A DNA stretch of 32,000 nucleotides from Aeropyrum pernix K1 (GTDB lineage: Archaea > Thermoproteota > Thermoprotei_A > Sulfolobales > Acidilobaceae), in assembly GCF_000011125.1 (NCBI RefSeq), contig NC_000854.2, positions 1,590,001-1,622,000 of the forward strand, given 5' to 3'. Made by a program: the position numbers and the translations under genes. Below, one piece after another: positions 16,693 to 25,412 of this stretch (position 1 is its first letter; each line of letters starts with the position of its first letter). The notes under the pieces were generated by a model. The model did not search any database. It saw only the letters and a program-made list of their open reading frames with translations, and was not told the origin of the DNA.

Positions 16693-18353
16693 CCATGGCC
16701 TTAGATAGTGTGACTATCGAGGTGATCAGGAACTCGGCCATATACATCTCAGAGGAGATGGGGGTTGTCCTGAGGGATACTGCGTTCAGCCCTAATATAA
16801 AGGATAGGCTGGACCACTCATGCGCGGTCTTGGCACCGGATGGAAGCCTCGTTGCCCAGGCCGAGCATATACCAGTCCATCTAGGTAGCATGAGTGTGGG
16901 TGTTGTGAACCTTGTCAAGTACATAGAGGATTTGGGGATGGATTTGGGGGTAGGGGATGTTGTTGTAACGAACGACCCATATATATCCGGGACGCACCTA
17001 AACGACCTCATGGCCATAAAACCCGTCTACGCCGGAGATTTCCATATAGCATACGTGGCTAACAAGGCCCATCACGTGGATGTAGGGGGCCTGGTTCCGG
17101 GTAGCATAGGTGGGGGTGCTAAGGAGTTAAGAGAGGAGGGAATAGTTATAGAACCTGTCAAGGTGGTTGAAGCTGGTAGTGTTAGGTGGGATATAGTTAG
17201 GATGCTGGAAGCCAACGTTAGGACCCCGAGGTACTTCCGGGGGGACTTGATGGCTCAGATCGCATCGCTCAACGTAGGAGAGGCTAGGCTGAGGGAGCTG
17301 GCGGGGAGATACGGTGGATCTGCCCTAGTAGAGGCCTGGGAGAGTATACTGGGCTATACGGAGAGGTATACAAGGGAGAAGATAGGGGAGGTGGCGGCCT
17401 TGGCTTCTGGGGTGTATAGAGCTAGGGATTACATGGAGACAAGCAAGGGAGAGCTCCTAGAGATAGTGGCTACACTAACGATTGATAAGGGAAGGCTCAC
17501 TGTGGACTATACGGGCACGTCCAAGCAGGTAGATGAACCCATAAACGCCGTATACGGGGTCACGGTAGCAGCCACGCTATTCGCCCTTAAGTCAACGCTA
17601 GACCCGGAGATGCCCATGAACCAGGGGTTCTTCAGGATCGTCGAGATAAAGGCGCCCGAGGGCACCCTAGTCAACCCTCTGAAACCAGCGCCAGTAGGCG
17701 GCGGGAATGTGGAGACAAGCCAGAGGATAGCTGACGTGGTCTTCAGGGCACTAGCCGAGGCACTACCCGAGAGGGTCCCCGCCGCGAGCTGCGGTACGAT
17801 GAGCAACGTCATGGTTGGGGGCAGGGGATGGGCATTCTACGAGACCAACGCCTGCGGCTCGGGTGCAAGACCCTGCTGCGATGGGGTTGACGGTGTCCAT
17901 ACAAACATGACCAACACGCTGAACACGCCGATCGAAGTCATCGAGAGGGAGTATCCCATACTATTCAATGCATACGAGTTAAGGCCGGACAGCGGGGGTC
18001 CGGGGATGTACCGAGGAGGCCTGGGTGTAGTGAGAGCCTTCACAGCCCTAGAGGACAACGTGACCATAACAATATTCGCCGAGAGGGGCTTAACGAGGCC
18101 CTGGGGCCTCAGCGGGGGAAGGCCAGGCCGTAGCTTCGAGGCAGTAATAACCAGGGCCGCGGGAGAGGTTGAGAGACTTATGTCGAAGCACACGGCAAAA
18201 CTCAATAGGGGGGATACAATAGCCATATACACGCCAGGCGGGGGAGGGTATGGAGACCCCTGTAAAAGAGATAGAAGCCTCATAGAACGTGACCTTAGGG
18301 AGGGCAGGATAACCATGGAATCGGCCGTTAAAGACTACTGTTATGATAGCTGA
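16686..18353 (+). CDS. hyuB: Hydantoinase B / oxoprolinase-family, beta component
   Basis: 555 aa. 'DSVTIEVIRNSAIYISEEMGVVLRDTAFSPNIKDRLDHSCAV', 'TNDPYISGTHLND' and 'GGGGYGDP' are characteristic HyuB blocks. Overlaps the hyuA stop. The true start may be the ATG at 16695. Confidence 0.9.
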   Translation: MVTMALDSVTIEVIRNSAIYISEEMGVVLRDTAFSPNIKDRLDHSCAVLAPDGSLVAQAEHIPVHLGSMSVGVVNLVKYIEDLGMDLGVGDVVVTNDPYISGTHLNDLMAIKPVYAGDFHIAYVANKAHHVDVGGLVPGSIGGGAKELREEGIVIEPVKVVEAGSVRWDIVRMLEANVRTPRYFRGDLMAQIASLNVGEARLRELAGRYGGSALVEAWESILGYTERYTREKIGEVAALASGVYRARDYMETSKGELLEIVATLTIDKGRLTVDYTGTSKQVDEPINAVYGVTVAATLFALKSTLDPEMPMNQGFFRIVEIKAPEGTLVNPLKPAPVGGGNVETSQRIADVVFRALAEALPERVPAASCGTMSNVMVGGRGWAFYETNACGSGARPCCDGVDGVHTNMTNTLNTPIEVIEREYPILFNAYELRPDSGGPGMYRGGLGVVRAFTALEDNVTITIFAERGLTRPWGLSGGRPGRSFEAVITRAAGEVERLMSKHTAKLNRGDTIAIYTPGGGGYGDPCKRDRSLIERDLREGRITMESAVKDYCYDS

Positions 18354-18388
18354 AATATCGGAAACCCTCTAGGCTGCTGGCACTGCTA

Positions 18389-18408
18389 AAACCCGGATAT
18401 CCGGGTTT
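18389..18408 (+). terminator. 20-nt perfect palindrome 'aaacccggatatccgggttt' 36 nt after the hyuB stop (hairpin / possible 3'-end structure or protein site)
   Basis: 8-bp GC-rich stem with an ATAT loop, ending in TTT. It lies in a convergent intergenic region. Confidence 0.35.
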
Positions 18409-18530
18409 AGTCTCGACAATGATCGGTTGCTAGATTGCCCCTTCCATTACCTGATTGCTGTGACAGTGGCTCTTCCGCTTCTCCCCCATGTTGGCTAGAG
18501 CCGTAGATGGTTGACCTGAGCAGGGCTAGT

Positions 18531-18938
18531 TTAGTCTGCTTCGCGGATTAGATAATCTACTCGCACGTTCCCCACCCGTTTATAACTTACAACTCCTAGC
18601 TCGACTAGTTTATTGAGTTTTCTGAAGAGGGGAGTTTTTTGTATTCTTGTGGCGCTGATTAGTTCTCCAGAGGTTTTGGGCTCAGAGCAGAGGGCTTCTA
18701 TAATCTCCCTATCTCCTTCATCTAGCTCTATGGAGGCCTCTACCTCTAGGTCTACCCCCTTGCGGACTCTGTAGGCGGAGACGGCGGCGATTGCTCCCGC
18801 AACTAGGCTGGCTAGTGCTATTGTGTAGAATAGGGTGGTACTCTTGTTAGCGGTCTCCAGAGCTAAGTAGCCCTAAACTGGATCGTAAGCTACAGCGAGA
18901 ACACAATCCCAATACCCGGGGCGAAGAGTCCAGAGCAT
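18531..18938 (-). pseudogene. Membrane-anchored winged-helix protein gene interrupted by in-frame TAG (18875-18873); not in ORF track
   Basis: Hand translation of the reverse strand gives ATG 18938-18936, then 'MLWTLRPGYWDCVLAVAYDPV', TAG, then 113 open codons. These read 'GYLALETANKSTTLFYTIALASLVAGAIAAVSAYRVRKGVDLEVEASIELDEGDREIIEALCSEPKTSGELISATRIQKTPLFRKLNKLVELGVVSYKRVGNVRVDYLIREAD', followed by TAA at 18533-18531. After the TAG there is no ATG/GTG/TTG until near the C-terminus. Confidence 0.5.
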
Positions 18939-19074
18939 GGCAGGGAAAACGCGGGAGCGGCGGGGTGGAGGCTCGGCTATGACGAACGACTGGAGAATGC
19001 TGGACACTATAAGCAGGAGAATAAGGATATCCTATGCCCTAGGCTAGAAGCCCCCCGCCCAGGCTACCCCACAT

Positions 19075-21141
19075 CTATCCCGCCTTCTTCGAAAGCCTCA
19101 TAACCTCCTCCAAAGCTCTATCCTCGTCCCTCAACGGCTCCTTGCACACCCCGCCGTGGCAAATGTAGAAGGCTGGAGAGCCGCCCATGGTGGTCATTGA
19201 GGCGGCGTATTCCACTAGGCCCCTGAGGTCCTCGGGCTTCATGTAGGTGTGGATGACCATGTAGGGGTTGTAGACACTCTCCAGCACCTTAACTCTGAAA
19301 TCCTCCGCTACACCTGGGGCTGCCACCTCCACTGCCAGGGGCGCTAGGTTCAGGGTGGCTAAGGCTAGCGTTGCATGGGCAGCTGGCTCCTGCTCGAGCC
19401 TGCTAGCCAGCCTCTTCAGAGACTTCATAGCCACCTCTCTAGCCTTCATCCAGCCGGTAGCCCTGTGGATTAGGAGGAGAGCGTGTATTGCGGTGGCGTA
19501 GGCTCCCGGGTATGCTGTGTCCTCCGCCTCAGCGGGGACCTCAGGGGTGTGGGGGCCTGGAGGGCTTAGCCTGAAATAGCCTCCGCCGGGGCTCCACAGG
19601 AGGTCTATCATACCCTTCGCGAGGCTTTTGGCTGCCCCGAGGGCCTCTGTGTCGCCGGAAACGGTGTATAGGGATGCTAGGGCGGCGGCGGTGTAGGCAT
19701 AGTCGGGCAGCATGCCCTCCACACACTCCCCGCCGCTGTAGCATACATGGCTTATTCCGTCCCCGTTCATCCTATCTTTTACAAGCGCCTTGAGACTCTT
19801 AGCCACCCCGAGGACCTCAGGGTCTCTAGATACCCAGTAGAGGTGGGCTAGGGCGTGGAGCATCATCCCGTTCCAATCTGTCAGCACCTTATCGTCAACA
19901 CCCGGCTTCTCCCTGCGGCTCCGGATTCTCAATAGGATTCTTCTCGATTCTTCGAGGACCTCCCAAGCCCTATCCGGGCTAAGCCCAAGCATCTCTGCAG
20001 CCCTATCAAGCCTCCCGCCCACGTGGAGAATATTCCTCCCTGTCCTGGCTCCTGTGGCTTCTTCAAAAACGTTACCCTCCCTCGAGAGGTTGAACAGGCC
20101 TATGGCCTCAGGGGGGAGGCCGCCCTCGGCCTCCGCCTCCTCCAGTGTGAAGGTGTAGTATGCACCCTCCCCCTCGCCGGTGTCAGCGTCAACGCTGGAC
20201 GCGAACCCCCTACCGGTCCAGAGCCATGACATGGCGAATTCCAGCGTTGACACCGCGAAGTCCAGGTAGAGCCTGTCTCCCGAGGCAGCATAGGCCTCGG
20301 CGAGGACCTGGATGATCCAGGCTTGATCGTAGAGCATCTTCTCGTAGTGGGGCAGCCTCCAGTCCCTGGTGACGCTGTACCTGTGGAGACCGCCCTCAAC
20401 AAGATCATGGACACCGCTGAAGAGCATGTGGTCTAGAGTACCGGTTAGCATGTTAAGAGCCCTCCGGTCCCCGGCCATGGACGCCCTGGCTAGGAGGAGT
20501 AGGGCGTGGTGCATAGGGAACTTCATGCCTCTCCCGAAGCCCCCGTAGGCGGTGTCGTAAACCTTCTCCAGGCTTGAAACCGCCTTGCCCAGGATTTCTC
20601 CCGGCCGGGGAATCCTCCCCGGGGTAAAGGCTAACCTATGCTGCTCTAGCAAACCGCCAGCCCTCTCCGCCACCTCTAGGACCTCGGCCCTCCTCTCCCT
20701 CCATACTCTTTCGAGAGAAACGGCGAGCGCCACTAGACTCTCCTTGGGGAGGTAGGTGGCGACGTAAAACGGCTTACCATCAGGTGTTAAGAGGACGTTG
20801 AGGGGCCATCCGCAGCTGCCGCTTGCTATGGCGCAGTACCTCATGAGCAGGGTGTCCACGTCAGGCCTCTCCTCACGATCCACCTTAACCATCACGAAAG
20901 CCCTGTTGAGGACCTCAGCCACCATAGGGTCGGAGAAGCTCTCCCTCTGCATCACATGACACCAATGACAGGAGCTATAGCCTACGCTAACGAACACGGG
21001 CTTGTCTAGCCTTCTAGCCTTCTCGAAAGCCTCGGCACCCCAAGGCATCCAGTCGACGGGGTCGCAGGAGTGCTGCCTGAGATACCTGCTCCCAGCTTCC
21101 GCGAGCCTATTGGGCCTACTACACTCCGGGCCTCCGGTCAA
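19075..21141 (-). CDS. Thioredoxin-domain protein of the DUF255 / YyaL / SSP411 family (thioredoxin fold + (alpha/alpha)6 barrel)
   Basis: 688 aa. '[59 protein letters not shown]' is the family hallmark. TTG start. Confidence 0.9.
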   Translation of the reverse strand: MTGGPECSRPNRLAEAGSRYLRQHSCDPVDWMPWGAEAFEKARRLDKPVFVSVGYSSCHWCHVMQRESFSDPMVAEVLNRAFVMVKVDREERPDVDTLLMRYCAIASGSCGWPLNVLLTPDGKPFYVATYLPKESLVALAVSLERVWRERRAEVLEVAERAGGLLEQHRLAFTPGRIPRPGEILGKAVSSLEKVYDTAYGGFGRGMKFPMHHALLLLARASMAGDRRALNMLTGTLDHMLFSGVHDLVEGGLHRYSVTRDWRLPHYEKMLYDQAWIIQVLAEAYAASGDRLYLDFAVSTLEFAMSWLWTGRGFASSVDADTGEGEGAYYTFTLEEAEAEGGLPPEAIGLFNLSREGNVFEEATGARTGRNILHVGGRLDRAAEMLGLSPDRAWEVLEESRRILLRIRSRREKPGVDDKVLTDWNGMMLHALAHLYWVSRDPEVLGVAKSLKALVKDRMNGDGISHVCYSGGECVEGMLPDYAYTAAALASLYTVSGDTEALGAAKSLAKGMIDLLWSPGGGYFRLSPPGPHTPEVPAEAEDTAYPGAYATAIHALLLIHRATGWMKAREVAMKSLKRLASRLEQEPAAHATLALATLNLAPLAVEVAAPGVAEDFRVKVLESVYNPYMVIHTYMKPEDLRGLVEYAASMTTMGGSPAFYICHGGVCKEPLRDEDRALEEVMRLSKKAG

Positions 21142-21211
21142 CCGTGACTCCTACCCCCTACTCGCCTACCCTACATAATTAGGCTTTCGGGTTGGACACT
21201 TGAAGGGGAGT

Positions 21212-21784
21212 CTATACCCTCCTACGGAGGTAGTCTAGCGTTAGTATGATAACCACGATGTCGATCACAACTATCCCGTACGCCTCAGCAACAGCGGCGC
21301 TCGGCCACCCCAGCGTGATGCCGATTAGGATGTAGACTGGGAAGGCGGCTAGAGATAGTGCAAGAGCCGCCATATTCGCAAGGTTGCGGCAGGCTCTATA
21401 GGCTCCCAGCGAGAGCGCCACGAGAGCCATGTCCATCTGGAGGAAGAACCATGTAGAGACGAAGACGTGGGGCCTCGTGCCCGCGGGATACACGCCTATC
21501 AATGCTAGGAACAGGCCTGCGGTTAGAAGGAGGCCCGACCCGAAAGCCTCTAGCCTTTCCACAGCAGCCCTGTACGGACAGAGGGAGTAGAGGGTGACCA
21601 AGAGGCCCACCAGAATCAAGCCATAGTTATAGATCCAAGGCATCCTCGCCTTAACTCCTCCGAGATCGCTGAACGCGTGCTCCGTGAACACAAACCAGTC
21701 AGAGTTCACGGCCCAGGAAACCCCGATGACGAGCCAGGCAACAAGAGCCGCTGCAGGCCCTAAGATGCAGAAGGGGCGGTTCAA
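21212..21784 (-). CDS. Polytopic membrane protein (about 6 TM; possibly DUF998-like)
   Basis: 190 aa and very hydrophobic. 'FSDLGG' follows TM1, reminiscent of DUF998. TTG start. It lies 70 nt upstream of the DUF255 gene on the same strand. Confidence 0.65.
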   Translation of the reverse strand: MNRPFCILGPAAALVAWLVIGVSWAVNSDWFVFTEHAFSDLGGVKARMPWIYNYGLILVGLLVTLYSLCPYRAAVERLEAFGSGLLLTAGLFLALIGVYPAGTRPHVFVSTWFFLQMDMALVALSLGAYRACRNLANMAALALSLAAFPVYILIGITLGWPSAAVAEAYGIVVIDIVVIILTLDYLRRRV

Positions 21785-21859
21785 ACATTATCCACCTTGT
21801 CATCGGAGATATGTTAAAGTGCCTCCCGGGGTTCACATACTTTCCCGTGAGGGTGCTTA

Positions 21860-22831
21860 TTGTTGGAAAGGGTATCGTTTACAAGGCTCAGCGGTGTGTC
21901 GGGCTGGGAGTACCTTGTCTTGGCTCTAGCAGTAGCGAACGTTTCAACAGCGTCGATACTGGTGAGACTTGCTGGTGTCCACGGTTTCGCAGCTGCTACC
22001 TGGAGGCTTGTACTGAGCACGATACTCACGGCCGCCATACTGGTGGCAGCATATGCTGTGAAAAAACACAGGAAGCCGGTGCTGCCTGGGGGGGTTGACC
22101 TATTACTTGTGGCGGCATCAGGCGTAGCCCTCGCCCTCCATTTCGACCTCTGGATGGCGAGCCTCTTCCACATGAGTGTTGCTATGAGCGTCACCGTGGT
22201 CGACAGCTATCCAGCCGTCCTGGCCATCGTCGGCTTCCGGCTTTTCAAGGAAAAATACACTCCTCTCCAGCTCCTCGGAGCCGTTATAGCCATGGTGGGC
22301 GTAGCAGGGATAGCATTCTACTCGAGTCGGGGGGCGAGCGCACCTCCCGGAGGCGACCCTATAAAGGGATTCCTCCTGGCATTCGCGGGAATGCTGGCGG
22401 TAGCTGCATACTTCTCGATAGGAAAGGGACTTAGGAGCAAGTACTCTACCCTGGAATACACTCTCCCCGTGTACGGATTCGCAGCTATCGTAAGTTTACT
22501 CTTAACGACACTAGTAGTCCGCGCTCCTCTCACCGGCTACACGGCTGAAACCTACCTGTACCTCATACTCCTAGCGCTCCTCCCCATGCTCGGCGGCCAC
22601 ACTCTTATAAACCTTCTCCTCAGAAGACTCAGCCTCCTAGCAGCTACAGTGCCAATCCTGGGAGAGCCGGTGGGGGCAGCTGCCCTCGCATGGATATTGT
22701 TAGGGGAGAAGGTGAGCACGCTGGAAGCGCTACTCATGGTAGTAGTCCTTGCAGGCATCGGGCTCGTGCTATACGAGGAAAACAGGGTCAAAAAGGAGAT
22801 AAAACAGGGGCTAGCATCAGAGGGGCCTTAG
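21860..22831 (+). CDS. EamA/DMT-superfamily transporter
   Basis: 323 aa with about 10 TM segments in two 5-TM halves separated by the 'SSRGASAPPGGDP' loop. Charged C-terminal tail. TTG start. Confidence 0.8.
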   Translation: MLERVSFTRLSGVSGWEYLVLALAVANVSTASILVRLAGVHGFAAATWRLVLSTILTAAILVAAYAVKKHRKPVLPGGVDLLLVAASGVALALHFDLWMASLFHMSVAMSVTVVDSYPAVLAIVGFRLFKEKYTPLQLLGAVIAMVGVAGIAFYSSRGASAPPGGDPIKGFLLAFAGMLAVAAYFSIGKGLRSKYSTLEYTLPVYGFAAIVSLLLTTLVVRAPLTGYTAETYLYLILLALLPMLGGHTLINLLLRRLSLLAATVPILGEPVGAAALAWILLGEKVSTLEALLMVVVLAGIGLVLYEENRVKKEIKQGLASEGP

Positions 22832-23192
22832 AACCCCTTTATCCAACATCTTCGTATGACAATACGGTCTTACCCAGCATAGGCAAGCAGTTTATAGCAC
22901 GGAGGATTGGCTGACTACGGCTCTATCCACGGTCAGAGGACTAAACTAATTCTACGTTAACCTGCTTCGCGTTGGAATTGATAGAAGTTAGATGCTATGA
23001 ATTCCCGAAGCTATCTCAACAGCTGGTTCTTAGACGAATCTGCTGGACGAGCTATTGAAGGACACATGATCTAACTGGTCACATATGAACAAGCCTCCTA
23101 CTAGCTTAGCGTCCGGTCGATCCAAGGAGTTCCCATGGAGGCTAGAGGCAGTGTTAAGTGTTTGTTGGAGGGCACGTTTCCTCTAACACCCG

Positions 23193-23241
23193 AAAAGAAA
23201 AAATAGAGTTGTTTAGACAGGGTTTTACATGCACATGTAAA
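23193..23241 (-). terminator. Hairpin (TTTACATG-ca-CATGTAAA, 23224-23241) followed on the minus strand by a T-rich tract (23193-23203), 3' of the NhaC-family gene
   Basis: The minus strand reads ...tttacatgtgcatgtaaa...ctctattttttcttttcg starting 20 nt after the stop at 23261. Confidence 0.4.
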
Positions 23242-23260
23242 TCGTGATGTACTGCTATAT

Positions 23261-24940
23261 CTATTCTCCTTCCCTCTCAAGAGGTTCTGCATAGTTTGGA
23301 ACTTTAGACGGTAGACCTACGAGCCTTCCATACCATTCACTTATGAAATAGTGTCCAACGGTGAGGACAACTAGACCTACAGGGAGCAGTATTAGAGGCG
23401 ACGTAACACCTATGGCGAAGAGTACATAGAGGACTCCACCCGTTATCGCGGCCCATAGTGCGTAGGGGATCTGCGTGTTGACGTGGTCTATATGGTCAGC
23501 TCCTGTAAACATTGAGGACATGATTGTAGTGTCGCTTATAGGAGACGAGTGATCGCCATAAATACCTCCTGCAAATACTGCAGCTATGGAAGCGTACATA
23601 ACTGTGTAGGCTAGGTCCACATCTCCCGTCTGGATGGCTAGTTTCCACGCCATTGGGACGGCTATGGGCATCATAATACCAAACGTACCCCAGCTAGTTC
23701 CTGTAGTGAATGATATGAACATGGCTGAAAGGAAGATGATTGGAGGCACGAGGAGAGGGCTAACGCCAGCTGCCGTAGCTAAGTGTACAACGTACTCGGC
23801 AGTACCCACGGCATCTGCCGCACTTTTGATACTCCAGGCCAGCAATAGTATCGCGTTGGCATAGACCATCAAGTACATACCTTTAACGGTGTACTCCATT
23901 GCTGTCGAGAAGCTGAGGCTCCGCGTTGCAAGGGCGCCTGCTAGAGCTACGAGATAGGCTGCAAAGCTTCCCCATAGAAGTGCGGTTGCCGAGTCGGCGT
24001 TCATAAGTGCATCTATGAAGGAGGTCTCCCACCATCTATCACCACCTCCGGTGACCCACATGCCCAAGAGGGTAACCCCGATGAGCACTGCTATCGAAAC
24101 CGCGAATAGCCAAGCAGGAGCGTGCGTTTTAGCCGCTGGCTTCTCCCCGAGCACAGTCTCGGTCGGCATTAAAGGCTGGGCTCCATCCCTCAAAACTTTG
24201 CCAGTCGCGACCGCTCTATGTTCAGCTTTGAGCATTGGCCCGAAATGACGCCTCGTTAATACTACTAGGAGGACTAATAGCAATGCGAATATGCTGTAGA
24301 ACCTGTAGGGGACCGACTGTAGCCAAGCAGCATACGCCTCGATAGTTGGAGCTGCCGGGATTAGTCCCGCTAGTGCTTCCTCCTCTAAAGTTGCAATCGC
24401 CTCCTTGATCAATCCAACCTCGAAACCTATCCAGGTGGAGACGAGCATCATCCCTGCTACTGGTGCGGCCGTAGAGTCTACTATATAGCTCAACATTTCC
24501 CTGCTAACCCTCAGCCTATCGGCTATCGGCCTCATAGTGGAACCCACAACTATTGTGTTCGCGTAGTCGTCGAAGAAGACTATAACTCCCATAATCCAGG
24601 AGGCAAGAGTGGCTCCAAGCGCACTCCTAACCCTTCCAGCAATGGCGCTGGCTGCGGAGTGTAAGGCTCCAGAGGCGAAGAGCAGACCCACAAAGGCACC
24701 TATTATAAAGTCGAAGATTAGGATAGTTGCGTTCCAAGAGTCAGTAGCATTCTCAACAATCCACTCCAAACTCTGGGCGGTGGCACTGATAGGATTATAT
24801 CCAGTAAGCATTAAACCTCCAGCCCAAACACCTAGGAAGAGTGCTGGAAGCACTTGACGGGTCACTATAGCTAACGCTATGGCGAGTAAGGGTGGTAGCA
24901 GAGGAAACGTTATATAGCTGAACCTCTTATCCTCGGGCAT
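23261..24940 (-). CDS. nhaC: Na+/H+ antiporter NhaC-family membrane transporter
   Basis: 559 aa polytopic protein. 'FFDDYANTIVVGSTMRPIADRLRVSREMLSYIVDSTAAPVAG' and 'TGTSWGTFGIMMPIA' are NhaC-family (Na_H_antiporter) blocks. ATG start. The symbol is family-level only. Confidence 0.85.
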   Translation of the reverse strand: MPEDKRFSYITFPLLPPLLAIALAIVTRQVLPALFLGVWAGGLMLTGYNPISATAQSLEWIVENATDSWNATILIFDFIIGAFVGLLFASGALHSAASAIAGRVRSALGATLASWIMGVIVFFDDYANTIVVGSTMRPIADRLRVSREMLSYIVDSTAAPVAGMMLVSTWIGFEVGLIKEAIATLEEEALAGLIPAAPTIEAYAAWLQSVPYRFYSIFALLLVLLVVLTRRHFGPMLKAEHRAVATGKVLRDGAQPLMPTETVLGEKPAAKTHAPAWLFAVSIAVLIGVTLLGMWVTGGGDRWWETSFIDALMNADSATALLWGSFAAYLVALAGALATRSLSFSTAMEYTVKGMYLMVYANAILLLAWSIKSAADAVGTAEYVVHLATAAGVSPLLVPPIIFLSAMFISFTTGTSWGTFGIMMPIAVPMAWKLAIQTGDVDLAYTVMYASIAAVFAGGIYGDHSSPISDTTIMSSMFTGADHIDHVNTQIPYALWAAITGGVLYVLFAIGVTSPLILLPVGLVVLTVGHYFISEWYGRLVGLPSKVPNYAEPLEREGE

Positions 24941-25173
24941 GAACTCCGCATCCGGGGCGCGAACGTGATCAAAGCTATAATCAACGCTATAACAACAGCA
25001 AGAGCCCTGCCTACCTGCCAGGAAGTTCCCGACAACCGAATCACTACCACCCCATCGCTCAACCGGCTAAAACAGTCTATGTCTAACACATGTATAGGAG
25101 AATTAAAAAGAATGAGGCATGAGCATTCCCGTCGAGACCTAGCGAGCATCCCCTTCTATATCTATTGCGAGCG

Positions 25174-25195
25174 TGTGTTATGACATGTGTTATGA
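25174..25195. repeat. Tandem direct repeat 'tgtgttatga' x2 (12-nt period) in the nhaC/ybaK divergent region
   Basis: Copies at 25174-25183 and 25186-25195 are identical, separated by 'ca'. Confidence 0.7.
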
Positions 25196-25412
25196 TGCCC
25201 CGCCGAGATCGATACGGAGTAGGATATTAGCAATCTACAGAATGTTTCTCAGCTAAGCTCTGTAAAAGGAAATGCTGGGGCTGCACTCGAATTACGGGAG
25301 CCACATCTTGACTAGAGAGATTAGGCTGCAACGTTTTACACCTTTATTGTAGTACAGGAATAATTTCGGGCTGGACACCGCATAACTATACATAGTAGAC
25401 TTATGGTGTTCC

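Noticed and set aside
17837-18316. 159-aa ORF (plus the 101-aa ORF at 17507-17812) antisense to hyuB
   Set aside because: These are mirror-frame artefacts of a well-supported CDS, with Pro/Ser/Leu-rich products and no motif.
8673-18875. Idea that the two in-frame TAGs (8673-8675, 18873-18875) reflect amber recoding such as pyrrolysine
   Set aside because: TAG is used as an ordinary terminator by several well-supported genes in this window (for example the 2843, 4530, 1217, 5389 and 29360 ends). No pyl genes are present here, and pyrrolysine is not known in Crenarchaeota. Pseudogenisation or duplication is more parsimonious.
195-19032. Recurrence of the palindrome GGATATCC (195-202, 1547-1554, 18395-18402, 19025-19032), including a shared 13-mer 'aaggatatcctat' at 193-205 and 19023-19035
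   Set aside because: Two copies lie inside CDSs, where they encode (K/E)-D-I-L. A handful of 13-mer coincidences is expected by chance in 32 kb on both strands. Only the two non-coding copies near the interrupted wHTH gene are mentioned as a weak observation.
18937-19047. 36-codon Arg/Gly-rich plus-strand ORF ('MAGKTRERRGGGSAMTNDW...') between the DUF255 gene and the interrupted wHTH gene
   Set aside because: It is too short, low in complexity, and overlaps the ATG of the minus-strand frame. There is no supporting signal.
21771-21790. 'ggcggttcaaacatt', resembling a tRNA T-arm (GGTTCRAAxC)
   Set aside because: No complementary stem or acceptor/anticodon arms surround it. It is simply the antisense of the first codons (MNRPF) of the 21212-21784 CDS. 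I found no other tRNA-like T-loops, and no rRNA or CRISPR-type repeats.
23101-23292. 63-aa minus-strand ORF overlapping the 3' end of the NhaC-family gene
   Set aside because: It covers the terminator hairpin and T-tract and overlaps the NhaC-family gene out of frame. Its composition (FFFS, Cys-rich) looks non-coding.
24910-25183. Two mutually antisense ORFs (79 aa on the minus strand, 72 aa on the plus strand) in the spacer upstream of the NhaC-family gene
   Set aside because: They exclude each other, they lie in the lowest-GC part of the window, and neither has a motif. The minus-strand ORF does contain one hydrophobic stretch ('ALAVVIALIIALITFA'), so a small membrane peptide cannot be fully excluded. 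I could not support either as a gene.
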